Below are positions 27,521 through 37,188 of a stretch of 64,000 nt of DNA, piece after piece. The DNA comes from Waddliaceae bacterium (GTDB lineage: Bacteria > Chlamydiota > Chlamydiia > Chlamydiales > Waddliaceae). The translations under genes and the position numbers were made by a program. The notes beneath the pieces were generated by a model. The model saw nothing but the letters and a program-made list of their open reading frames with translations, did no database searches and was not told the DNA's origin. The DNA lies in the NCBI GenBank assembly GCA_963724325.1, contig CAVRUH010000001.1:256001-320000 (forward strand), read 5' to 3'. Numbering within the stretch: the first letter of the stretch is position 1; the number at the start of each line of letters is the position of its first letter.

Positions 27521-29224
27521 TCATTTTTGAAACTGTTTGACGATGTCTTCTGGACTGATTTCTATCATCGTAGGTCTTCCCAGAGGGCAATGCATAGGTT
27601 TTTCACACTTCATCAGTTGATTCACTAAAGCCTGCCCTTCCATAGGAGATAGCTGTGCCTTTTTTGGAATGCTTGCTCGACTCGCCGCCAGAGCAATCAC
27701 CTTTTCTTTTTCTAAACGTGCGACTTGCGGTCCTTGGTTCTCCTGCAGGGCTGACAAAATCTCTCGAACAAGTTCCTGAATATCATTTGAAGTAAAAATA
27801 TTGGGAACCCCCTGAACAATAAAGCTGTTTTGACCAAATTCCTCAATCTGTATTCCCAATGAATGAAGAATGGGTAAATTGTCTCTCAAAATTTCTTTCT
27901 CTACCGGCGTAACATTTAAAGTATAGGGGATTAACAGGGTCTGAATTTCTATCGGAGCAGCTGTCTTCAATAATCTCTCGAAAATAACTCTGGAATGGGC
28001 AGCTCTCTGATCCATCAACTTCAAACCATGATTAGCTGAATCCAGGAGCAAATACCCTTTTATCGTCGTGATGACCCTTGGAACTTCCTTTTTCTCCTCC
28101 ACAGGAAAGAGCTCAGGAGGTTTTTGTTCAACCTTCATTACAGGAACTACCGGCTGCGGTGGAATATATGTTTGCTGAAATGAGAAGGCAGGTACTATCT
28201 TTGGAATTTCTAGTTCTGGCGCAGAAAAAGTAACTCTCGTCCCTTCCAGGGCCTTGTCGATAGCTTCCGAAATAAATTCCTTAATGGTCAAATCCTGCCG
28301 CAGTCTAACTTCCTTTTTCTGTGGGTGAACGTTCACATCCACTGCAGATCCGGGAACCGTCAAATGTAAAACATAAACAGGATGTCGATTAGATCCAAGA
28401 GATGTCCCATATCCATCCTTTATCGCATAATTGACCTGTGGAGAATATACAGCACGTTGATTGATAAAAAGATGCTGCCCGGTTCTATTATGTCGCGTAA
28501 ACGACGGTAAACCAATATAACCCTCAACTTTAAACTCTTCTTTTTCATAAGAAATCGGACACAATCCCGAGAAAAATTCAGCCCCTAATATATCAGTGAT
28601 CCTCCCTTTAAGCTCACCCTGATTCGCCGCTAAAATGTTCTCCTGATTATGCGTCAAAGTGAATTTGATGTGCGGATGCGCCAATGCCTGGTCAGTAATT
28701 ACCTTGAGAATTTCATTCGCGTCGTAATTTGGAGAGCGTTGAAATTTTTTTCTTGCAGGAACATTGAAAAATAAGGACTTCACCTCAATTGTCGTTCCCT
28801 TGGTCCGCACCGCACCGCCGCAAGTAAGTATATGTCCGCCATCGACAATTACCATGGTCCCTTCTTCTGCATCGCTTGCACTGGTCAAAATCATGAACTT
28901 ACTAATAGAAGCTATCGATGGCATCGCCTCACCACGAAATCCCATGGTCTCCAACGAGTGAATATCATCAATTTCTCGTAACTTCGAGGTAGCGTGCCTT
29001 TCCAAACAAAGAAGCGCATCATCCTTGTTCATGCCGCATCCATTGTCCGAAATTCTAATGAGCTGCCTGCCGCCCCCTTTGATTTCAACACAAATGTCAG
29101 TGGAACCAGCATCAATGGAATTTTCCACCAATTCTTTCACCACCGACGACGGATTTTCAATCACCTCACCAGCAGCGATTTTATTAATGGTGATCTCGTC
29201 TAATACTTTAATTTTTGATGACAT
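27521..29224 (-). CDS. mutL: DNA mismatch repair endonuclease MutL
   Basis: IAAGEV, KELVENSIDAG, GFRGEA, VDVNVHP, DQRAAHSR, CPLGRP. Confidence 0.96.
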   Translation of the reverse strand: MSSKIKVLDEITINKIAAGEVIENPSSVVKELVENSIDAGSTDICVEIKGGGRQLIRISDNGCGMNKDDALLCLERHATSKLREIDDIHSLETMGFRGEAMPSIASISKFMILTSASDAEEGTMVIVDGGHILTCGGAVRTKGTTIEVKSLFFNVPARKKFQRSPNYDANEILKVITDQALAHPHIKFTLTHNQENILAANQGELKGRITDILGAEFFSGLCPISYEKEEFKVEGYIGLPSFTRHNRTGQHLFINQRAVYSPQVNYAIKDGYGTSLGSNRHPVYVLHLTVPGSAVDVNVHPQKKEVRLRQDLTIKEFISEAIDKALEGTRVTFSAPELEIPKIVPAFSFQQTYIPPQPVVPVMKVEQKPPELFPVEEKKEVPRVITTIKGYLLLDSANHGLKLMDQRAAHSRVIFERLLKTAAPIEIQTLLIPYTLNVTPVEKEILRDNLPILHSLGIQIEEFGQNSFIVQGVPNIFTSNDIQELVREILSALQENQGPQVARLEKEKVIALAASRASIPKKAQLSPMEGQALVNQLMKCEKPMHCPLGRPTMIEISPEDIVKQFQK

Positions 29225-29348
29225 ACCACAAGTATAGCGCATTTAGACAAAAAAGTGAACCCGATACCAAAATATCAGAATATCGTTTGCAAAATTATTC
29301 GGGATCAGGTAAAATTTGCGAGTAAATTGAAAACATTTTGGAGAACAC

Positions 29349-29438
29349 ATGTCTTCTGTTAAAAAGAAGCGTAGAGACAAGATCGCCAAGCACAAGCGCA
29401 AAAAGCGCAGCAGACGCGACCGTCACAAGTCAACATAG
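29349..29438 (+). CDS. Small ribosomal protein bS22-like (AURKAIP1/COX24 domain)
   Basis: Manual translation MSSVKKKRRDKIAKHKRKKRSRRDRHKST*; GGAG upstream; below ORF-track cutoff. Confidence 0.85.
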   Translation: MSSVKKKRRDKIAKHKRKKRSRRDRHKST

Positions 29439-29448
29439 CATAAATCCC

Positions 29449-31311
29449 ATGTGGAATTATCCTGTCGAATACGATGTTATCGTCATGGGCGGCGGGCACG
29501 CGGGCTGCGAAGCAGCCCTCGCTGCCGCTCGCATGGGTGCTCGCACCCTCTTGCTGACGATGAATTTAGATACGATCGGTAAAATGAGTTGCAACCCCGC
29601 AGTCGGCGGGATTGGCAAAGGCCACATGGTACGGGAAATCGACGCCTTAGGCGGCGAAATGGGCAAAGTTACTGATGCTACCGGCATTCAGTTTCGTATG
29701 CTAAACTCAACGAACGGCCCTGCAGTCTGGGCTCCTAGAGCTCAAGCAGATAAGGTCGCTTATCAATTTGAAATCAAGCACCGTCTCGAAAAAACTCCTA
29801 ATCTTGAAATTAAACAGGGCACTATTGAAGAACTAATTGTTTCTTCCGATAGAGTTTGCGGCGTGATCACGAAAGAAGGGATTATTTTTCATTGTAAAAC
29901 GTTGATTATCTCTTCGGGAACCTTTATGAGGGGCCTTTTGCATATTGGAGAAAATCAGCATTCTGGAGGCAGGGCGGGCGATTTACCTGCCGTTGGGCTC
30001 TCGGGGTCATTGGAAAAACATGGACTTGTTCTAGGCAGATTAAAAACGGGGACGCCGCCTAGAATTAATAAGAGGTCAATCGATTATTCTTTGACAGAGG
30101 AACAGCCTGGAGATGAAGGGGTTAAATTTTCTTTTGATGACGAAGGGATTCCCCGCTTACCCCAAGTTTCGTGTCATATTACGTATACAACACTTGAGAC
30201 AAAGAATATCATTCAGGAGAACCTTCACCGTTCGGCAATGTATTCAGGTAGAATTAAGAGCGTAGGCCCCCGTTACTGTCCATCGATTGAGGATAAAATT
30301 GTTCGATTTGCTGATAAGGATAGACATCAGGTCTTTTTGGAGCCTGAAGGATTGAAGACAGAAGAGGTCTATGTGAACGGCATTTCGTCTTCATTGCCAT
30401 TGGATGTCCAGTATGCCTTTTTGAGAAGCATTCCTGCTTTGAGAGAAGCGGAAATCATGCGCCCTGCATATGCCATTGAATACGATTATGTGACTAGTGG
30501 ACAGATTCATCCCTCGTTGGAAACTAAAAAAATTGAAGGATTGTTCTTGGCTGGGCAAATTAATGGAACTACGGGGTACGAAGAAGCGGCGGCCCAGGGG
30601 CTGATGGCAGGCATTAATGCAGCTCGCAAGGTCCAGGGACATGATCCATTGATTTTGAAGCGATCCGAGGCATATATTGGGGTGATGATTGATGATTTAA
30701 TTACAAAAGGCTTGGACGAACCCTATCGAATGTTTACCAGCCGTGCAGAGCACCGCTTAATTTTACGCCAGGACAATGCCGACCTCCGCTTGCGTCGCTA
30801 TGGATATGAAATGGGACTTATTGATCATGGTCGCTATGCAAAGCTTTGCGATAAAATCAGGATTATTGAAGAGGAAAAAGTGCGCCTTGCAAAGGTATTC
30901 AAGCAAGTAGATGGCAAAGGATATTCTTTGGTGCAGCTGATGTGTCGTCCGGAAAATTCCTATGCATCACTTTTGGCGCAATTTGAGAATGGTTTAACTG
31001 ACTTTGGAAGCGAAATTAACATGCAAATTGAATTGGACCTCAAATATTCTGGATATATTGGACGGCAAAACAGTGAAATCGAGCGCCTTTCACATATCGA
31101 AAAAATAGTTATACCCAAAGAATTTGACTTCAATAAGGTCGTTGGATTGGGAACAGAAGCGCGACTGAAGTTAAGCAAGGCGAATCCTATAAATCTGGGG
31201 CAAGCATCTCGCGTTTCAGGAGTTTCACCTGCCGATATCTCAGTACTCATCATCGAATTAGAAAAGAGGAAACGTGAGTCAAAAGCCGACATTTCAGTAT
31301 CTATATCTTGA
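29449..31311 (+). CDS. mnmG: tRNA uridine-5-carboxymethylaminomethyl(34) synthesis enzyme MnmG
   Basis: GGGHAGCEAA, MSCNPAVGG, RLKTGTPPR, GPRYCPSIEDK, GQINGTTGYEEAAAQG; start MWNYP. Confidence 0.97.
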   Translation: MWNYPVEYDVIVMGGGHAGCEAALAAARMGARTLLLTMNLDTIGKMSCNPAVGGIGKGHMVREIDALGGEMGKVTDATGIQFRMLNSTNGPAVWAPRAQADKVAYQFEIKHRLEKTPNLEIKQGTIEELIVSSDRVCGVITKEGIIFHCKTLIISSGTFMRGLLHIGENQHSGGRAGDLPAVGLSGSLEKHGLVLGRLKTGTPPRINKRSIDYSLTEEQPGDEGVKFSFDDEGIPRLPQVSCHITYTTLETKNIIQENLHRSAMYSGRIKSVGPRYCPSIEDKIVRFADKDRHQVFLEPEGLKTEEVYVNGISSSLPLDVQYAFLRSIPALREAEIMRPAYAIEYDYVTSGQIHPSLETKKIEGLFLAGQINGTTGYEEAAAQGLMAGINAARKVQGHDPLILKRSEAYIGVMIDDLITKGLDEPYRMFTSRAEHRLILRQDNADLRLRRYGYEMGLIDHGRYAKLCDKIRIIEEEKVRLAKVFKQVDGKGYSLVQLMCRPENSYASLLAQFENGLTDFGSEINMQIELDLKYSGYIGRQNSEIERLSHIEKIVIPKEFDFNKVVGLGTEARLKLSKANPINLGQASRVSGVSPADISVLIIELEKRKRESKADISVSIS

Positions 31312-31987
31312 GCAATGGTCGATCTTTGATCAATTAAAGCTTGAAGAGGCATTACTACGAGCTGATACCCGGAATTGGTGCATTTTCAATATGGGATCAG
31401 CCCCCGCGATTGTTCTCGGAATTTCCGGGAAGACAGAGCAGCTTGTCGATAATGTGCACCACAATGCCAATCCGGTACCTCTAATTCGTCGCTTCAGTGG
31501 CGGCGGTACTGTGTTCGTAGATAAAAATACGTTATTTATTACCTACATATGCAATAGCCAAGAGTTTAGCGTCCCCTGTTTCCCTAAAGACATCATGAAA
31601 TGGACCGAAGGGATCTATGATCCTGTGTTCGAAGGATTGGAATTTCGAGTCAGGGAGAATGATTATGTGATTGGAGACAAGAAGTTTGGAGGAAATGCAC
31701 AATACCTTCAGAAGAACCGGTGGCTTCACCATAGCACACTTTTGTGGGACTATGATCATAATAACATGCAAAGTCTCAAGATCCCGCCCAAAATGCCTGA
31801 TTATCGCAAAGAGCGCGCCCATAGCGACTTTTTATGTACCTTAAAAGAACATTTTACCAATCCCCATGAGATTGTTCTAGAAGTTGTCAGATCACTTTCA
31901 AGAAAATATGACATTGAGAGCACACCCCTTCACGATTTTCTTCCAGTCATGGAAAAGCCCCACAGAAAAGCAACAGTGATAATATAA
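31274..31987 (+). CDS. lplA: Lipoate-protein ligase A family protein
   Basis: IRRFSGGGTVF, KKFGGNAQ, LHHSTLL. Confidence 0.9.
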   Translation: MSQKPTFQYLYLEQWSIFDQLKLEEALLRADTRNWCIFNMGSAPAIVLGISGKTEQLVDNVHHNANPVPLIRRFSGGGTVFVDKNTLFITYICNSQEFSVPCFPKDIMKWTEGIYDPVFEGLEFRVRENDYVIGDKKFGGNAQYLQKNRWLHHSTLLWDYDHNNMQSLKIPPKMPDYRKERAHSDFLCTLKEHFTNPHEIVLEVVRSLSRKYDIESTPLHDFLPVMEKPHRKATVII

Positions 31988-32110
31988 AAAAACCTTCTTT
32001 GATTCCTAATCCTGCCCATCCCATACACAACAACCTAAAATATTTTTTACCGTGGAAATCACGGGGAACACAAAAGAAGTCATTAATATCTTGTTATTTC
32101 TCTAACATAA

Positions 32111-32604
32111 AACAGGATATGCAGGATCGCAAGCGGCAAGATATGAAGGATTATAGGAAGATGATATCAATTACTTTTTATTTTAAAACAGGGTAAGAAG
32201 TTACATATATCATTCATATCCTGCCGCTTGCGATCATGCATATCTTGTTCTTTTAAGGAATAACAGGATATGCATGATCGCAAGCGGCAAGATATGAAGG
32301 ATTATAGGAAGATGATATCAATTACTTTTTATTTTAAAACAGGGCAAGAAGTTACATATATCATTCATATCCTGCCGCTTGCGATCTTGCATATCTTGTT
32401 CTTTTAAGGAATAACAGGATATGCAGGATCGCAAGCGGCAAGATATGAAGGATTATAGGAAGATGATATCATTTACTTTTTATTTTAAAACAGGGCAAGA
32501 AGTTACATATATCATTCATATCCTGCCGCTTGCGATCTTGCATATCTTGTTCTTTTAAGGAATAACAGGATATGCAGGATCGCACGCAGCAGGATAGGCA
32601 GGAT
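32111..32604. repeat. BIME-like array: 3 x 151-bp tandem units, each with 37-bp inverted arms, plus a partial fourth
   Basis: Units start at 32111, 32262, 32413, 32564; arm aacaggatatgcaggatcgcaagcggcaagatatgaa and its reverse complement separated by 65-bp and 12-bp linkers. Confidence 0.95.
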
Positions 32605-32633
32605 ACGAAAAAAATGGGAATGAAGAGGAATCG

Positions 32634-33467
32634 TTATTTGGGATGTACTTTTGCTTTAATGCTGTCTTTCCAGTTTGGCATGAAGATGTTTAAAGTATCA
32701 TTGAGTTTTTTGTGTGATAGAACTGAATTGGCAGGTCGTTTTGCTGGTGTGGGATATTCTGAAGATGGGATTGGGATCAATTTCACCTGTGTGTCCTTCA
32801 ATATTTCTTGAGCGAATTCATACCATGACGTCCTCCCCCCTGCAGTCAGATTGTACAGGCCATAGGCTTCATGATCTAATATACTTGATATAGCTCTAGC
32901 TATATCTAGACTGCATGTAGGAGCCCCAAATTGATCATTAACAACTCTTAGTTCCGCTCTTTCTTTAGCTAATTTCAGCATGGTCGAGGGAAAATTTTTC
33001 CCCCGATTCGAATAAACCCAACTGGTTCGAAAGATAAAATATCTTCCCCCAACATTCTCTACAGCCTGTTCACCCAATAATTTTGATTTCCCATATATAT
33101 TTATAGGATCCGGCAAATCAGTCTCCTCATAGGCTCCACTTTTCTTTCCATTAAATACATAATCTGTTGAGAAGTAAATAAAAAGAGAATTGTGCTTTTT
33201 TGCTGCTTTAGCCATTTCTAAAGAAGCCTTTGCATTGATTGTAAAGGCAAGTTCAGACTCCGATTCAGCCTTATCCACATTCGTATATGCAGCGGCATTA
33301 ACGATGATGCTGGGCTTTATCAAGTCAATGAATGGAAAAATTGTCTCAGGCCGTGATAAATCAAGCGTATTTCTATCCGTTCCAATAACCTCTCCATAAC
33401 CCTGTAGAGTATGCATTAAATCAAAACCAACTTGCCCATTTTTTCCGATAACAAGAATTTTTTTCAT
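32634..33467 (-). CDS. rmlD: dTDP-4-dehydrorhamnose reductase
   Basis: GKNGQVG, NAAAYTNVDKAE, STDYVFNG, YGKSK, VVNDQFGAPT. Confidence 0.96.
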   Translation of the reverse strand: MKKILVIGKNGQVGFDLMHTLQGYGEVIGTDRNTLDLSRPETIFPFIDLIKPSIIVNAAAYTNVDKAESESELAFTINAKASLEMAKAAKKHNSLFIYFSTDYVFNGKKSGAYEETDLPDPINIYGKSKLLGEQAVENVGGRYFIFRTSWVYSNRGKNFPSTMLKLAKERAELRVVNDQFGAPTCSLDIARAISSILDHEAYGLYNLTAGGRTSWYEFAQEILKDTQVKLIPIPSSEYPTPAKRPANSVLSHKKLNDTLNIFMPNWKDSIKAKVHPK

Positions 33468-33988
33468 ACAAATACTTTGGCATCCTTCAGAAAGAAACCC
33501 TGTTTATCTTTTTCAGATAAAATAGGAGCGTTTGAGGGCCATTTAATTGCCAATTCAGGATCATCAAATCGGATACAATGCTCATCTTCTTTATGATAAA
33601 AATCAGTGGCTTTATATAAAAAGTCGGCATTTTCAGAGAGCACCAAGAAACCATGGGCAAAACCTTCTGGAACCCATAACATCCTTTTATTCTGTTCATT
33701 TAAAATCACACCCACCCATTGTTTAAATGAGGGAGAATTTTTTCTCAAATCAACTGCTACATCAAAAACCTCTCCGGTTACCACGCGAACCAATTTCCCT
33801 TGTGGATTTTTAAGTTGGTAATGGAGTCCCCGCAAGACGTTTTTTTGTGAACGAGAATGGTTGTCTTGCACAAAAGTCTTGTTCAATTCTCTTTGGTTGA
33901 AACTCTCGAAAAAGAATCCACGATCATCGGAAAAAATCTTTGGCTCAATAATTTTTACATCTGGGATTGTTGTGTCAATTATTTTCAT
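33464..33988 (-). CDS. rmlC: dTDP-4-dehydrorhamnose 3,5-epimerase
   Basis: DDRGFF, VLRGLHYQ, DVAVDLR, GFAHGF. Confidence 0.96.
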   Translation of the reverse strand: MKIIDTTIPDVKIIEPKIFSDDRGFFFESFNQRELNKTFVQDNHSRSQKNVLRGLHYQLKNPQGKLVRVVTGEVFDVAVDLRKNSPSFKQWVGVILNEQNKRMLWVPEGFAHGFLVLSENADFLYKATDFYHKEDEHCIRFDDPELAIKWPSNAPILSEKDKQGFFLKDAKVFV

Positions 33989-34939
33989 TTAAGGTACCTT
34001 TTTTAGAAAAAAACAATATAAATTTCTGATTATGCCATGCTTAAAGAATCGATGCTTTAAGGAAAGGTACTTACATTTCAAGATACTTGCGCTTTCCATT
34101 GCTGCATAGTCCGAAATCATTTCTAAATTTTTTTCCGGTAATATATGTTCATAACGATCAATCATGGCATAGGCTTGAAAGGATTTTTGATTGATATTTG
34201 TAGAGCGATTTTTTAACGCCAGCATAATCTGTTCTATTGTTTTGTACTTTCTGGCTCCCAGTGTGTTTTTTCCATGCTGACGATAAAGTATTATGGGACT
34301 TTTCACAATGCCAATATGCCCGCAGGCAGATGCCACGAGCCCAATCCACCAATCATGCATAATGCTTTCAGGTGCGATAGGCTTTGCTAAATCAGCAAGC
34401 GGTCGATTTAGCATCATGGTACATCCTGTAACCTCATTTTGAACCATAATTCTATTCAAACGAAATCCTTCGCTTGGTTTTAAATGAATGTACTTCCAGA
34501 AGGATTCTGAAATTACTTTTAGATCCTGATCAACAACAATCAAATCGCCATGAACCAATAGAGGTACTTCTTTGCCATGCAGCGATTCCATCTCTCTCAT
34601 CTTCGCTATTGTTACTTGGATTTTGTCTGCTAACCAAACATCATCCTGATCGGAAAACATCACATAAGGGGCCCCAGAACTGCTTAACAAGTGTGAAAAA
34701 CTGCCGATAGCTCCGCGGTGTACTGAGTCTTCAATCAGTGTAATCTTACCTGGATGCCTAGCTATATAATCATGCACAATTGCCAACGTGCAATCCTTTG
34801 AACCATCATCCCGAATGATCAAATGGAAATCTTGATAACTCTGATTCAAAATCGAATCAATTTGTTCTCTCAAAAACCTTTCGCCATTGTAAGTCGCAAG
34901 CAGGATGTCGATATTAAACGTAGACGGAATAATCGGCAT
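33989..34939 (-). CDS. GT2 glycosyltransferase (rhamnosyltransferase-like)
   Basis: LLATYNGERFLREQIDSI, RDDGS, FSDQDDVW, VTGCT, MHDWW, LYRQH. Confidence 0.9.
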   Translation of the reverse strand: MPIIPSTFNIDILLATYNGERFLREQIDSILNQSYQDFHLIIRDDGSKDCTLAIVHDYIARHPGKITLIEDSVHRGAIGSFSHLLSSSGAPYVMFSDQDDVWLADKIQVTIAKMREMESLHGKEVPLLVHGDLIVVDQDLKVISESFWKYIHLKPSEGFRLNRIMVQNEVTGCTMMLNRPLADLAKPIAPESIMHDWWIGLVASACGHIGIVKSPIILYRQHGKNTLGARKYKTIEQIMLALKNRSTNINQKSFQAYAMIDRYEHILPEKNLEMISDYAAMESASILKCKYLSLKHRFFKHGIIRNLYCFFLKKVP

Positions 34940-35495
34940 ATTGCAATAACTCTCTGTCACCTGCACTGTCTCCATAAGCATATAAAATGTAATTTTTATT
35001 CTCTCCCATCAGCTGCTTCAACCTAACAACCTTTTCTGGACCTCGACAATTTAATCCTTTAAGTTTTCCAGTCACCCTACCTTCTTTGTCAATATCAATG
35101 ATTGAAGTCAAAGCGGCGTAAAATCCCATAGATTTTCCCCAATATTCGAGATAAGCATCCATTGATGCACTCACCAACACACACAAATGCCCTTGCTGTT
35201 GATGCCATCGAATCTTTTCGATCATCTCGGGCCTGACCTTTATTCCATGCTTCACGTATTTTTCACCCATCAAACGCAATTCACTCAGAGGCAAACCTCC
35301 ATAAAATTGCTTCAAAATCCTTTCCTTAACTGTTTGACGGGTACTTAATCTGAAAATAAATCCGATGAACACAGGCAGACACAAAAATAAGTTAAAATTC
35401 GCCCCAATAAAACCATGGGTAAAAAAAAGAAAAGGGAGCAGCGAATCCCTGTATGTAATCGTTCCATCAAAATCAAATGCAGCTACAGTTTTCAT
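34914..35495 (-). CDS. HAD-IB family hydrolase
   Basis: FDFDGTIT, LVSAS, NCRGPEK, YAYGDSAGD. Confidence 0.9.
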   Translation of the reverse strand: MKTVAAFDFDGTITYRDSLLPFLFFTHGFIGANFNLFLCLPVFIGFIFRLSTRQTVKERILKQFYGGLPLSELRLMGEKYVKHGIKVRPEMIEKIRWHQQQGHLCVLVSASMDAYLEYWGKSMGFYAALTSIIDIDKEGRVTGKLKGLNCRGPEKVVRLKQLMGENKNYILYAYGDSAGDRELLQYADYSVYV

Positions 35496-35549
35496 ATGTG
35501 ATAGATTTTAAGGAAAAAAACGATAAGATGCTATATAATCCAGAGTATT

Positions 35550-36512
35550 ATGAAAAAAAACGTCTTAATCACAGGTGCTGCCGGTTTCATCGGATTTCAC
35601 CTAGCAAAGAAATTGCACGACCGAGGGGACTTGGTTACAGGCTACGACAACTTCAATGATTACTACACCCCAAAACTCAAACTCGACCGTACAAACGAAC
35701 TGCGTAAAGCAGGTATAACAATTATAGAAGCGGATGTATGCGATGCTGTCTCACTAGAGAATACAATCCTAAATCATAAAATCACACACATCGTCCACCT
35801 GGCTGCCCAAGCAGGGGTCCGCTACTCGCTCATCAACCCCCACGCCTATATCAAAAGCAATATTGAAGGATTTTTGCAAATTTTAGAAACTTGCAAAAAA
35901 CACGAGCTCCCACTTATTTACGCCTCTTCATCTTCTGTTTACGGAAACAACACAAAAATTCCCTTTGCAGAATCCGATAAGACCGATCAACAAGCAAGCC
36001 TCTACGGAGTGACAAAAAAAAGCAACGAACTTATGGCCTATAGCTACCACCACCTCTATGGGATGCCAGTAACAGGCCTCCGCTTTTTCACCGTCTATGG
36101 CCCATGGGGACGTCCTGACATGGCCTATTATTCTTTCACCGAAGCAATACTATCAGGAAAAACGATCGAAGTTTTCAATGAAGGGAAAATGAGCCGCGAT
36201 TTCACCTATATCGATGACATACTCAATGGCACAACCGCCGCTTTGGATCTCAATGCCCCCTGCGAAGTTTTTAATTTAGGAAATAACCACCCCGTACAAC
36301 TTCTTGATTTTATTAAAATTATTGAGGAGGCCGCAGGGAAAAAAGCGAATTTAAAATTTTGCCCGATGCAGAAAGGCGACGTCGAAAAAACATATGCCAA
36401 TATCGAGCATAGTCAACAAAAATTGGGCTTTCAGCCTCATACTTCCATAGAGGAAGGAATAGCTAAATTTGTAGATTGGTACAAAGAATATACAATTTTC
36501 CTTTCCAAATAA
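35550..36512 (+). CDS. UDP-glucuronate 4-epimerase-like NAD-dependent epimerase
   Basis: TGAAGFIG, HLAAQAGVRYS, YASSSSVYG, YGVTK, FFTVYGPWGRPDMA. Confidence 0.92.
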   Translation: MKKNVLITGAAGFIGFHLAKKLHDRGDLVTGYDNFNDYYTPKLKLDRTNELRKAGITIIEADVCDAVSLENTILNHKITHIVHLAAQAGVRYSLINPHAYIKSNIEGFLQILETCKKHELPLIYASSSSVYGNNTKIPFAESDKTDQQASLYGVTKKSNELMAYSYHHLYGMPVTGLRFFTVYGPWGRPDMAYYSFTEAILSGKTIEVFNEGKMSRDFTYIDDILNGTTAALDLNAPCEVFNLGNNHPVQLLDFIKIIEEAAGKKANLKFCPMQKGDVEKTYANIEHSQQKLGFQPHTSIEEGIAKFVDWYKEYTIFLSK

Positions 36513-36561
36513 TAGGCAAAAAAATACTATCTGGACTAGACATTTTACAGGAAACTTTGTA

Positions 36562-37188
36562 ATGCGGTACCTATCAATTTTTATTCTACTCATTTCTCTA
36601 GCAAGTTGCGCCCGTTTCGGCTACTACTATAATGGTCGTGGAGCATCCCAAGTGGATATTAGCGAGGTCTCTCGCGAAATTCTAGTTTATAGCGCCAAAC
36701 AGTATCACGACAAGTTGCTGTTTCTTGATGACTCTGTCGTCTACTACGATGACACAATTCAAGGAATTCGCCTCGATTTCACCATACAACCCATCTACGA
36801 CAATCTTTGGAGCACAAGAGAACTCATGGTTGATACTGTCGAAGGCTTTCTGGAAAAAATTAATAATAACGATAAGATCGTCGCTCAAATGGAACACTAT
36901 CCATTTACGGCGGATGACCTGGAAGTCATCATTAAGTTCAGCACCTATTTTGGAAAATATATTGATACTCAAGTATCAGCCTTTGCCATCCTCTACGGCG
37001 GCGTTGTAAGCTACTACACTTTTACAGCCCTTGACTGCACTCAAGATTGTTATGACCGTCGCATCGAAAATTACTGGCAAAGTAAGATGTTTGTCGAGTA
37101 TAATCGCGAGGGAAAGAAGGAAGTGGCGCCCAAAAAGAGTGAATTTAAAACACTCTTTGAAACAGAAAGGTATGTCCCAGCAAAGTAA
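36562..37188 (+). CDS. Hypothetical lipoprotein
   Basis: Lipobox LASC after a hydrophobic leader. Confidence 0.75.
   Translation: MRYLSIFILLISLASCARFGYYYNGRGASQVDISEVSREILVYSAKQYHDKLLFLDDSVVYYDDTIQGIRLDFTIQPIYDNLWSTRELMVDTVEGFLEKINNNDKIVAQMEHYPFTADDLEVIIKFSTYFGKYIDTQVSAFAILYGGVVSYYTFTALDCTQDCYDRRIENYWQSKMFVEYNREGKKEVAPKKSEFKTLFETERYVPAK

Noticed and set aside
29338..29448. N-terminal extension of MnmG in the ORF track
   Set aside because: Overlaps the bS22-like gene in another frame; MnmG homology starts at MWNYP (29449).
32111..32604. Possible CRISPR array (37-bp repeated arm)
   Set aside because: Intervening sequences are near-identical rather than unique spacers, arms alternate in orientation, and no cas genes are in the window.
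31999..32811. Short ORFs with QDMQDRKRQD sequence
   Set aside because: Translations of the palindromic repeat; the second runs antisense into rmlD.
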